A stretch of 64,000 nt of DNA, taken from assembly GCF_964204645.1 (NCBI RefSeq), contig NC_134034.1, forward strand, positions 5,368,914 to 5,432,913, given 5' to 3'. Positions 13,961 through 26,581 of this stretch are shown in pieces. The position numbers and the translations under genes are program-made. How positions within the stretch are numbered: position 1 is the first letter of the stretch; the number at the start of each line of letters is the position of its first letter. Under the pieces are notes generated by a model. It worked only from the letters and a program-made list of their open reading frames with translations. It had not been told where the DNA came from and did not search any database. Source of the stretch: Tubulanus polymorphus (taxonomy: Eukaryota > Animalia > Nemertea).

Positions 13961-15454
13961 AACTGCTTTAACAAATGTCCTACATCAGTTGTCAGGTTGT
14001 TAATCGCACCGTCGAGCTACGTTCCCCTTGCAACGGTGGAAAATACAAGTTGCTATACTCTTTCAGAATATGTATATCTCCATGCACCAAGCTTGCTACA
14101 AGTGACTCATTTGGGTATCACCGAACCGGCGGTCACATATCAGTTTATCAATGGAACAGGGTTCATAGCCAAAATTCAAGGCCATTTGAGAGGTACCTTT
14201 AAGGCAATTACCCGTAGAAAAACCTTTTTACAGCACTATATCCGCACTACAACCATTCAGAAACAAAAAATAAATTGCCCATGGGCAAAGTGTGGTTTAC
14301 CTTGAAAGCTAGAGGTGGTTTGGGGTAAGGGCATTGCTTGAAAAATCTTTTTAATTCGTAACTTCAAAGTTCTTTATTGTATTTCATCTTTCTCAAAGAA
14401 TTATTTTGTAGTCAAATAAGACCAAAAATATACATTTGTTTACGGTCAACGTCCAAAATTTCGCAAGGTACATGTAGGCGCGGCAAAGAAACTATTTTAA
14501 ATTTTCAAAGAAACGTTTTTCACAATATGAAAAAATATTCAAATAAAATTCATATGATGTCACATATCAGAGGGTGGCTGAATATTTAGTCTTTGAAACC
14601 TCTTCCAATGCATGGCCGCGGAATCTAAACCGGCGCAGTAAGAAATCGGCGTATTAGATCGTTTTAAATCCTGGAATTTTCTACTACAATATTCAGACCT
14701 CGACCTATAGCTATAGTTTGCTGCTTAGTATTTTCAGGTCACAATAAATTACAATTTATTATAAATTATATCAAATAGAAAACACAGCGCTCATCTTCTG
14801 CCGATGAAATGTCAAACGCGCCAGCAAGCAAGCAGCGTTACAGTATCACTATAGTAGTGTATACTGTACGAGCGTGTGTTTGTGTGTGCAACAGTCTATA
14901 GCACTCTGCGCGCACGTGGAGGCCTCGTGTAAGTGAATGTTTTCGATGTCAATCAAAACAATCACCGGGTATTAAAATGAAACGATATGGCCTATGGCGG
15001 ATAATAATTACATTCTCGCCAGCAATGAACATTTGAAATTCGCACGTATACGGCACCAGTGGCATGCCTAGTCCAATGAAACGTTCGCCATTCTTATGGC
15101 TTTCTCATCATTTTAGTAGCGCTGGAATTCCCCGTAAATCCCAAAAACAGCCAATCACATTTGCTTGTAGAGATGCGCCCCCAATCGAGGTCATTGCAAT
15201 TTTATACGCGAGAGCTAAGAATTTTCCCGCCAAAAACAGTTTTTCGTAGAATTTTTACAATGTTGACCATGTCATCAACGGAGGTTCGTCATGTCTTCAA
15301 TCACATCGATTATACGTCGTTTATGTCTTCAATCACATCGATTATACGTCGTTTAAGCGGAGAACCATTGAAACAAATGCTCACATAAAAAAACGTACCG
15401 CGATTTTACATGAATTGGCTCAATGCCAACTTCATATCGCTGACAAAGGTAAAC

Positions 15455-16667
15455 CAACCAGGAGTCCAGGGACACCGTGCCCACTTGGGAAGTGGTTTCA
15501 GATGCTCAACAATCTAACAATTTCAATATTCAATGCCCCATCCAATGACCTTAAACAAATCCAATGACCTTGAAACTCACCACAATTGTAGAACATGTCA
15601 GCAGCTACAATTTTGTAATTCATTGTGGTAACAAAATATGCCTAGTTACCAATATGATATGGAAATACTAAGTTATTCTACTATTCAACGCCCCCTGGTA
15701 ACCTGTGCGAAGCCCAATGACCTTGAAATGTCATGAGCTACAACTGTCCAATTGATTGTGGTAACAAAATATGCATAGGTACATTGTAATAAAGAAATAC
15801 TAAGTTATTGCATTGTTCAACGCCAGCTTGTGGCCATATACCAAAACCAATGACCTTGAAACTCAACACGATCATAGACCATGTCATGAGCTACACCTTT
15901 CCAATTGATTGTGGTGACAAAATTTGCATAGGTACGAATATAATATAGAAATACTAAGTTATTGTATTGTTCAACGCCCCCAGGTGGCCATATACCAAAA
16001 CCAATGACCTTGAAACTCAACACGATCATAGACCATGTCATGAGCTACACCTTTCCAATTGATTGTGGTGACAAAATATGCCTAAGTATCAATATAATGT
16101 GGAAAAACTTTTTCCACCAACGAATTAGTACTTATGACACCAAGATGGCTGCCAATTGTGTCATAATTGCCTAATCAAATATACCTGTCCCGGGTATAAA
16201 ACATCCCTTTCCAAAATATACCTACCAAAAATGACAATGAAAAAAGGCAAACCATTAGGAAGCTTCAGGACTCAGAATTCAGGCCAAAATTGAAATTTTT
16301 GGGCACAAAAAAGGTCACAGGACAGCCATCTTGAGTCTGATCGGCCCAATTTTTCTCATGCTGATGGGCCTTTGGGGGATACAAATAAATACGAACAATC
16401 AAGGTAATTGATCAAAGCGTCTTAAAAATTTCCCTCGAAAACTTCAAAAATGTGTAAAAAGTGCTGATTTTGGCAAACAACAATGGCTGCCAGTCGGCAA
16501 TCTTGAATCTGACAGGGCCAGTTTTTAGGTTGAAGATGCGCCTAGGGTAGATACATGTATAAACCAAGGCATTACCTAGAAGCGTCTTCAAAACTTCCAA
16601 AAATAACTGGATTCCGTCTACGGACGGATGCAATAGCCCGCTGGACTAAAGTCCCAAGTGGGCTAAC
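15455..16667 (+). mobile_element. HINE/DINE-1-like non-autonomous Helentron, family 1, with internal tandem repeats of about 160 bp
   Basis: 5' gtccagggacacc..cccacttgg, tandem caatgaccttgaaactc.. units, (GGAC)n and a 3' hairpin tagcccgctggact-aa-agtcccaagtgggcta. Confidence 0.75.
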
Positions 16668-16951
16668 AAAATCAGTGTTGAAATACGCATTGAAATGCAA
16701 TATGTGACGATCAGTAAAACAGTGCAAGACAAGCTGAGTGAGACCATCTTCATCCCCCTATAGTTTCAAATCATTCTTGGACTACTTGACAAATGATGCT
16801 TTCAGTACCGAAATCCCGAGAAACCGCGGGGAATTCTCATCCCTGATTTACGATATCTGGGGGGATTATTAGTCATAAACAAGGAAAAAGTGTAGAAAGA
16901 CTTCTAAACAAGTCCAGTGGAGAGGGCACCTTAACACCAGGACTGACAACC

Positions 16952-18730
16952 AGAAAGAAACTTTCCATGATGGGTTTCGGTATTGACTTAGAACTTGAAA
17001 AGTGAATGGAAATAAGTGTGTTGATGCAGTGCATGTTAAATCCATACTATCAAGGTAAAACATCAAAAGTATACTTACAATGGCCACCGGATACAGTCTG
17101 CTGTCGGCACTTTCGCCAAGAACCCATGGGGTACAAGCTTCACATCGATGATTCAACACAAATGTTTTGAACATCATAACATTAGCTGTTCACAGGCTGA
17201 ACCTTAAGGCCAACTGCTAGCTGTACCCTGAGGCTATAGCTAGTCTTATGATTGACCAGGTGGAACAGGAAAACAATATTCACCAGCAAAAGAACGACAA
17301 TTAATTATGGGCGTTTAGAACTAGACAATTTTGATCTCGTGAGACAATGACATAAAACAACTAAAACTACTCGGGACAAACAAAATCAGAAGCTGCTATA
17401 TAAGTTTTTCAAATTTCAGGGTAGTACATATTAAACCAGGACGGCCAGTTACTGTTGAAATCAAGTTCATCAACTGAGTGAATGTGGCTTCCAATAGGTT
17501 CATTCATGATAGGATATCTTTTAATCGTATAGCAATTTAGGCCCAAGCATAAAATGTTTTCAAATGTGACACCATGTCTTCGCATGACCATTCGACTATT
17601 AAAATGTGGGTCTGTTGATGCATGTCTGTGTGCATGCGGTACAAACACTAATCTGCTCCATGGGAAGCGTTATCTATTACTACACGTAATTGATACATAA
17701 ATGGTTAATAACGGTTGACGCTTTATTGCAGACAATGCAATCGACTCATGTTGTGTGTTAAGTAATAAAAATATCAAAATCATCAGTGTTGCAAACTAAA
17801 TACAAGATAACGAATGCCAACATAAGGGCATAAAAAATGACGGGTTCAATTGATAACATTTAACGCCATCTTTAATTACTCAAGATTAGTTCTCAGCATT
17901 GATCAAAACATGGACCTCGGGTGTATACCGCGTGTGGTGTTATCACTGCAGAAAATAGTGGATGCACGCTACTTGCTGTGGTGCGCTTATTTCGGTGTTT
18001 AAATGATATTTTTTTCAAACAAAATAAACTCTATTCAGCAAAATACCGCGTTTGCTTTGTGGAATATGTAATTTAACTTCGACCATGTCATCAACACGAC
18101 TGTCATTATGTTCACCCAGTCCTTTAGTGTGGCTGTCTCCACAGTGATCTAAATCGCTGATCTTAATCTAAAGCGCTCTACGATCCTAGTGTACCCACGT
18201 GGTACATCTGGCTCCCGTAATCAGTAAATTCGAGTCTGTGATATAATCAGGGCGGAAATCTCAGCTGGCCAATTAATCTACCCTGGTTAAGTTAAGAGTA
18301 GCGACCGTCTGAAACTACGGAGAATGATCCGGCCTTATCCAAATTCCAAAACTTCTCACTGCGTAGTTGTGTCCGGAGCCCTCCCCAGTCTCTCGGCATT
18401 AGCGCTGAATATCACGCGCGAGGTGTTAGAGTAGATCAGCGCGTGCGCTGCACGATCAATACCTCCATGTAGGCCTATAAACATATTCTGTGTTACACAC
18501 ACACAGCGAGTGTATTGAGCATCACCGTAGAATTATTTTATAACAAATTGGAGGTCTTATAAACATCAGAATCAAATATAAACCAAGGTGCACGATCTAC
18601 ACCAAGTACAGATTGTATGTGTCAATTTACAGATCAGTCCATACAAACAGCTTAAATCGTGTCATAAAGAAACATCCACAGAGACAGACAGACATGACGA
18701 CCATGCCATAGACGGGACGAAACCCATCAA
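16952..18730 (+). repeat. About 1.8-kb dispersed repeat, also present with later insertions at about 54840-58095
   Basis: Colinear similarity from cagaaagaaactttccatgatggg to (CAGA)n..gacgaaacccat. Confidence 0.85.
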
Positions 18731-19305
18731 AAAGCCCATGTTTGGCCTGCAAGAATCGGTATAATTGGGCTTGACAGGGTAAAAATTCACCACAAACAAA
18801 GCACTATATGATCATATACCGGTACTTTCTCACTCCTGACTTTATTTGATCTATTGATTACATTTTTGTAAGATCTACGGATTAAATTTTCTGATACTTT
18901 TCAATTAACAACTACTGAGGTGATTCCTGACGATTCCAACAATGCTGTCAATGAGTTTGTTGCCATTTTCCCAAAATGTCTCCTTCTCGGAACAAATGGT
19001 ATTCCTGAAAAGGGCAGAAGAATTTTTTTCTAAACTCAAATCTTTGGAGAGAGGTTTATTTTTTACTTATTTGGATTGGAAGAAAAGACCTGTCCACCGA
19101 AAACAAATTGGTGTATGGTATACTGGATTTTTTCAAATTGATAATCTCCTCAGAAAATTTGCTTCAAATTCAATTGAAATTGAAGCAAGCTAACCCAGTA
19201 ACCATATAAGCAAACATGGCGGGTCATCACAGAATCTGACTTGCCACAGTTGCTGTGCCATACCCTTCGAAATATGCACCATTATATGCAAGATTTAATC
19301 TTTAC

Positions 19306-19395
19306 CTCCTCCTCAATCGTCACTTTAGTTCCTCCATACTCAGGTAGTAAAACCTGTTCTCCAACAGACACATTCATTTTTCTTACATCACCATT
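19306..19395 (-). CDS. HSPE1: HSP10 co-chaperonin, coding exon 3
   Basis: ttttag|NGDVRKMNVSVGEQVLLPEYGGTKVTIEEE|gtaaag. Matches the Cpn10 VGDxVLLPEYGGTKV motif. 90 nt, phase 0/0. Confidence 0.95.
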
Positions 19396-20364
19396 CTAAA
19401 AGAAAGAAATAATTAAGTCACCAACAGTACTCCTTATGCAGCCGTCAACTGCTCTCATTACCAATCCCTTCAGATGATCGATGTCGAGAGTGTCGATATC
19501 CTGATGATCAGTTTTTGTCAGCATGGCGAAAGCCTGTGTAAGGATATGTCATCTGAATGTCGATTATATAGGATTTTGAACAACAATAATAATAATGATA
19601 ATAAAGATTTGTATCTGTATGTGCCTGTATCTCATGACAAGTTCACCAGATGGTTGATAGGCACTATGCACTTTGCACTTTGAACTGGAAATGTTTTAAT
19701 GAACATGAACATAACTAAATTCATAAGGAAAGCTGGGGACTATTGACTGTCAGAAGGGGTGGATCGGTGTTTTCATGAATTATTTCTAATTGTCAGGTCA
19801 TTAACAAAAACAGCAGAGCCAACCAACTATGGCCAAAGGCCGAAACAGGGTTCATAGTTGTAAGGCTGTAGTCAAAATGAACACTTTTTCCAAACCGAAG
19901 TAAGCACTTTTTACAAGAAAATTAGGCTAGAAATTTTGATAAGTTACCAGTAGCCAGTTTCTTGGAAAACTTGACGAGGCCACCATTGTGGCAGTACATC
20001 TGGGGTTGGCCGTACATTTGTTTGCAGTTCATATCCGAATTAAGTTCATATCCAAGTAAGTGGAAAACATTCTTTATTGAGAGGAAAATATTTTTCTTAT
20101 CACCGATTTTAACTTCAAGCACAGAGCGAGACAAGAGCCATAAGGGGCATCACAGCCAGTCAATTGGCTTTTCACGAATCATGTAATCCTGGCTCAATAT
20201 GATTGACACGTGTCATTTAAATTTGCTCCATTTGTATAGTAATAGGCTTAGCCAACGACTGGCCTAAAAATAATGAAGTGTTATAATAACTACGTTGGTT
20301 AGTTACACATGGACCAATGATCTGTAGACAAAGAGTGATATATAAAACACAAAATTAAACTTAC

Positions 20365-20526
20365 GTCAGTTCTTGTACCTTCACCAACAGCTTTAACTTC
20401 GGCGATCAAGACCTTTCCCATTGACTTTTCAGGTATCAAAATTCCTCCTTTCGATTTGGCTTCCGGCAACAAACGTTGAACAAGAACACGGTCAAATAAA
20501 GGTACAAATTTCTTGAATGCGGATGC
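20365..20526 (-). CDS. HSPE1: HSP10 co-chaperonin, coding exon 2
   Basis: cag|ASAFKKFVPLFDRVLVQRLLPEAKSKGGILIPEKSMGKVLIAEVKAVGEGTRTD|gtaag. Contains the PLFDRV motif and the KGGI mobile loop of Cpn10. 162 nt, phase 0/0. Confidence 0.96.
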
Positions 20527-20695
20527 CTGTCAAAAAACAAACAAAATGATTTAGTGTACGTCAATTTTCATACATTTTAGGACAGAATCCATTAACGTTA
20601 AATGGAAGTTCAAGATGGCAGAAAAATCTAGTCTAAATCAGTTCTCATCACAAATTTCAATGAAAATTGGCCTATCATTTGAAAGCCACAGGTAT

Positions 20696-22400
20696 AACTA
20701 GATGTCCTGGGACACCACACCAATTTAGGAAGTGGTTTGAAATCTTCAACAAACAGAAAATTTCAATATTCAACATCCCTGGTAAACTAGTCAGTAACCT
20801 GTCTGCGGTATATGCACTAGTCGATGAAAGTTCCCACCCTACAGGGGCCGCGAACAGAAAAAAATTAGCGATCCATAGCGCCGGGACAGAAGCGATCCAA
20901 TCTAACAATCTCACTATTCAATGCTCCCTGGTGACCATATACAATACCAATGACCTTGAAACATACCACAATCATAGAACATGTCTACAATATAAGTTAC
21001 AACTTTGCAATTGATCATGGTAGCAAAATATGCCTAAGTAGCAATATAATAAGGAAATACTAGGTTTTTCTCCTGTTCAACACCCCCCCGGTGACCATAT
21101 AGAGCAACTAATGACCTACAACTTTCTAATTGATTGAGGTTACGAAATATGCTTAGGTATCAATATAATGTGGAATAAAGGACCAATGGTCCAGTGGCTC
21201 GCCAAACTGGTGTGAAGTAAAAAATCTGTCATGTAGGCTACCGGTATGCAAAAATTCATTTCATTGAAAATTAATCAAGAAAAAAATATATAAACTAGAG
21301 GTCCAGGGACACCATGCCCACTTGGAAGTGGTTTCAAATGCTCAACAATCTAACAATTTCAATATTCAATACCCCTTGAAATGCCCCTATCCAATGACCT
21401 TGAAACTCACCATAATCATAGAACATGTCAGCCGCTACAATTTGGTAATTGACAGTGGCAATAAAATATGCCTTGTTACCAATATGATATGGAAATATTA
21501 AGTTATTCTACTATTCAATGCCCCCTGGTGACGATATGCAAAGCCCAATGACCTTGAAACTCACCATTATTATAGAACATGTCATGAGCTACAACTTTGC
21601 AATTGATCATGATAGCAAAACATGCCAAGATAGCAATATAATAAGGAAATACTAGGTTTTTCTACTATTCAACGCCCCCTGGTGACCATATAGAATAACC
21701 AGTGTCCTTAAAACTCACCACAATCATAGACGATGTCATGAGCTACAACTTTGCAATTGATTGTGGTAACAAAATATTCACTGGTACAAATATAATATAG
21801 AAATACTAACATATTGTATTATTAAACGCCCCCTATCAATCCAATGACCTTGAAACCCAACACAATCATAAAACATGTTATAAGCTACAACTCTCTAATT
21901 CATTGTGGTAACAAAATATGCTAAAGTATCAATATAATGTCGAAGAACTATTTCCCACCTACGAATGAGTACTGATAACACCAAGATGGCCGCCAATCGC
22001 ATCATAATGGGCTGATCAAAAATACCTGTCTCAGGTATAAAACATCCCTTTCCAAAGAATACCCATCAGCAATTGCAATGAGAAATGGCAAACCAGTAGG
22101 AAGCTACAGGACTCAGAATTTGGGTCAAAATTGACATTTTAGGCACCAAAAAAGGTCATAGGACGACCATCTTGAGTCCGATCGACCCAATTTTTCTAAT
22201 GTTAATGGGCCCTTGGGGATTCACGAAAAATCAAGGTAATTGATCAAAGCTTCAAAAATGTGTAATAAGTACTGATTTTGCGAACAACAATTGCTGCCAG
22301 TTGGCCATCTTGATTCTGAAAGGTCCAGTTTTTGGGCTTAAGATGTGTCTAGGGTAGATACATGTATAAACCAAATATCAAATGTCATTTTTCAAGGCAA
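20696..22400 (+). mobile_element. Two adjacent truncated copies of HINE family 1 (about 20696-21180 and 21293-22400)
   Basis: Same 5' end and internal repeats as 15455-16667. Confidence 0.7.
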
Positions 22401-22576
22401 TTTTTATCAGCCAATTTGACTTGACGGAGTTATTTGCCTGTCATTTTGTAGTCTGTTGATATGAGCGTCTACTCTTTGTTGTCATCAATGCACAACAGCT
22501 ACATTGTTTGTTTAATACCCGGCGATCTTATTCCATGTGCAAATCGGCCGCAAAATGAGGGAAGTGATTTTTAAGC

Positions 22577-22985
22577 CGGACCCCGTCACCGACTTTTGAA
22601 CGCTATTTTGCCAGATCCATATATTATGTAACAATTAAATCATTTTATTGGGTTCAGGGTTAGGGTTTTGATAAGGTTAGTGGAGGGTGAGAAGAGGGTC
22701 CAGAGGGTTCCATTTCACAACTAGGGATAGGGTTAGGGTAAGGTGAGACTATATGTAATTTAACATTCGGTCTGTTTTCAGCGAGCTCGGTGGTCTATTA
22801 GGATGACACTGCGCTAGTAATTTACTGGCCCGGGTTCGAGTCTCGCACTATCTGCTCTATTTTCTCAAACTCTGTTCTCCACACTTCCTTCGAATTTCCG
22901 CACCTCTGCACACGCGCGGAGTAAATCAGCCAATTAGAGACGATATCCGATAAAATAGCGTTCAGAAGTCGGTGACCGGATCCGG
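22577..22985. mobile_element. Small TIR element containing TTAGGG-like repeats and a tRNA-derived segment (22781-22847)
   Basis: About 33-bp inverted ends ccggaccccgtcaccgacttttgaacgctatttt / aaaatagcgttcagaagtcggtgaccggatccgg. Internal A-box tggtctattagg, B-box ggttcgagtc and gcgag/ctcgc acceptor-like stem. Confidence 0.55.
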
Positions 22986-25900
22986 TAAAATAACTAAATG
23001 TAAATTTTCATCGATTCAACGGCGATCATTTTGAAAACTGGTGAAGAGTGCTGGCACCTGTGGACTAATGCCAGGACAACAACATAAACTAACTAAGACG
23101 AAACAAAATTGAAAGAATTGAATAAATCGCCCATCGGCAAAGTGGTTTAGCTTGAAAACGAGTTTGTTTGGCAAGGGCATATAATACCAATGATAACTCT
23201 TTAACCGGTACCATATCCGCGTATGTAAGTGGATCATTTTTGGGGGTTCTCCTCAAGAAAGTTTTAGAAATTAAAAGCGTTTTCCGAGCACTTAGAGCGA
23301 TCTTGAACCCATGAACGACTATTATATTCTGGTCTTGAAGGTAATGGCTAGTTCCAATGTGGTACATCCTCATTCGATGACATGCAGCATCTCATGCATT
23401 ACGAGTCGAGCCCTGAATTATTGCAGGATGAACGATGAACGCTCACTAAAAATCATCACCCAGTAGTGAATAATATCCGAAGGCGTTCGCCACAAACGCG
23501 CGCGGCAACAGTAAGTAGGCCTATATACATTACTACTGCTGCCGCGCATGTGTCTGCAACCGATCGATAAAATACATACACACTCATCCTTGTACAAATG
23601 TAGATACAAATCACTGTGTTGCAATGAATAATATGCATTGAAATGCGATACTTTTACGCGACGATAAGTAAAACAGGCACTGAACGCTTTTACGGTTCAC
23701 CTGATTACCGATTGCGCCGGACCAATTGAGTGAGATCATCACTCTCGATACTTTTACATCATTTTTTGACTATTTTGAAAATTGATATTTTTCAATACCG
23801 AAATCTGCGGGAAATTCTCATCCCTGGTATAACGTCACAAAAAATTTCAATTTATTACAAATTCTACCAAACAGAAAACACGGTGCTCATATTCTGTTAT
23901 TACAACTTAAAATGATTATTCACGATAAATTAGGCAGGGACAAATTCCAAGATCAATCTTCTCCCTTGGTCTTATTGTGAATGCGTAAAATATGCCGTAT
24001 TTTTCTTTAATTACACCTGCGAACCAGCTCACAGCTAAGCTCTTTCAGGGAGTATGGAAGCTCTCCCCGAAGAAAGTTTTAGATATTAAAAGCGTTTTCC
24101 GAGCATGTAATCAGTTACTCACGGTCTTTAGGATAACCCATCCAAAAATTGTCACCAAATTATCTCAAACCATCTATGAGATACAGCCCGGAAATGAAAA
24201 ATACATAACAGCTTCTAGTAACATTGACCTTTGACCAACACGACATGAAATCTAATCAGTTACCCACGGTTAATCCATCCATAGAATTTCAGTTCGTTAT
24301 CTTAAACCGTTTATGAGTTAGCCCGGAAATGAAATTCACAAAATGGCTTAATGCGACCTTGACCTTACCCCTACCGGACCCAAAGTGTGATCAGTTACCC
24401 ACGGTCTCTAGGCTAACCCAGCCATAGAATTTCAATAAGTTATCTTAAACCATTTATGAGTTAGGGGCCTAGAGCCCGGAAATGAAATTCACAAAATGGC
24501 TTCCTGCGACCTTGACCTTGGATGTACGGGACCCAAAATCTAATCAAGTACTTACCTCATATAGTGCCGAAGGGTTTAGCTAGGGCATGGAAACCACTGC
24601 GGACAGACAGACGGACGACGAAGTGAATACAGTATGCCCCCATAACACGGCATAAAAATGGACCCTTAACCTCACCCTAACCCTCTGGAACCTAACCATA
24701 TCGAAACCCTAACCCTAAAACCCAATATAATGTTTTTTATTGTTATATTTTATTACTTTATCTTATTATATGTAATAAATGAAATCTAAGTGACGGACGC
24801 CTCGTCACAGCTACTTGTGTGATTTTGTGCGTTAATACTTTTTAATTTTTAAGATAAAACGTAGTTAATTAAAATGAAGTTAATTGTGTTCGTTTTTCGT
24901 GAGTGAGCTGTTTAGGATTGAAAATTCGAAAGTTCGCAGGACTCATTGTAATTCACACAATTAATAGGTTTCCATAATTTGCTTTTTGGTGAATTAACAT
25001 TTCGTAAACCTCATAAGAAATTATAAATTAATCCGCTACGTAGAAAAAATTATGTAGCAGCATTCCAAGACGACAGCGGTGAACTGCAAGCATAGTCTGG
25101 AAGTTATCAGCCTTGGCATTGCAAATTAATTCACATTTCAAAGACGAATTCTGTGAGAAAGAAATTGTTTTTCTGGATCGCGCCAAAATAAGCAACGCAT
25201 GTCACATGGCAAACAGTACCAGCTTCCTTATTTGGTGAGAGGGGACAGTGACCAATTTCTTTGCCAACCGCGATGTTTCCGCGCTTGTCTGCGAGAGTCC
25301 GGGTCCGCGGTGCTGCGACTTTTCCATAGGCAATTCGATCGTAAAATGGGATCCTGCACCACACCCTTGTGTAATTCAAAGGTCGAACAAAAAAAACTTA
25401 AGCAGTGCTGGGGCGCAGATTTGACTGCTCACTGCAACCATGCGCGTATTTCCTTGGGATTCGAACCGACGCGGTAGAACCCGGCGCTGCGGCGGCCCGT
25501 TATTGTCTGTAAATTTTATCTCGTTGTAGTCAGTAACCTGTCCGTGGTTTAGTTTCACGATCGGATATTTTCACAAACCAGTCAGGAATAGGAAGGTCAT
25601 TTTTGTATGCAATCTTAATAAAAATTAGAAAAGATAAAAGTAATTTGCCTGGCATTTTGAGATATCCGTCTAATTTTTGTTGTAAAAACTTGTTGAGGGT
25701 GCTGGCACCTGTGGACTGAGCCCAGGACAACAGCACAAACTAACGACACAACGAAATTGAAAAAATTAAGAATCAACACTAATTCACATTTTTCTTCATA
25801 CAGAATATATTATTTCATTATTTATCATGGAAAGCACGAAGATTTGAAATATATGTTGGAAAGCCATGAAAAATAAAAATTGTCGTTTCGTCTTGGAAGT

Positions 25901-26581
25901 TTTTTGACGCCTTTATAAAACGTTACCATTATGAAACCTAAACAACGTTAACCATTCAGTGTCATTTCAACAAACGACAACCGTAAATCGATATGCAAAA
26001 CGTCACAGGTCTATGTGTACACATACATGCTATTTGGTAAAATATTATTGACAAAGATGTAGAATGGCTTCCTGTAATTGACCTCTATTCGAACATTGAA
26101 ATGTTATATTGCATTGAATATCATGAGAGGACGTATTGTAATAGAAATGGATGTATGATTATATCAGAAGCGGCAGGCATATATAGAAGTGATAAGTAAA
26201 TCGGATTATTCGGTTAAATGGCAGATGTATACACGATTTGGAAGTCTGATATAAAAGTCAGACCCTGACATGGGGATGCTGGTGGAATGACGATGTGAAT
26301 TTCGGTGTGAATTTCATCGGCGGCTACAAGCGGTCAATATGAAAACGTGTAAACATGTAATTTCAATATTCAAATATTTTAGAAAATATGTTCGATATTA
26401 GGGGTATGCAGGTTTCAAGGGATTAGCAATTTATAAAAGCATAGCTGTCATATACAGCTCCGCGTCCACTGATGGCATCTGTATAAGTAACAATTCAATT
26501 CAATTCCTTATTGATCCTTATTACATTGAAATTCCGGGATAAATTTCCTTAAATCAATAAAGTTACAAATTTTAAAATAAG

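Noticed and set aside
22781-22847. Possible tRNA gene
   Set aside because: A and B boxes are present, but the cloverleaf is degenerate and embedded in a repeat, so it is a SINE-like or pseudo-tRNA segment.
22650-24725. TTAGGG/CCCTAA runs as telomeric sequence
   Set aside because: Only a few degenerate units inside dispersed repeats.
25921-25930. ATG|gtaacg as HSP10 exon 1 (also at about 42761)
   Set aside because: It lies inside a duplicated mobile element and has a weaker donor than the 35001 candidate.
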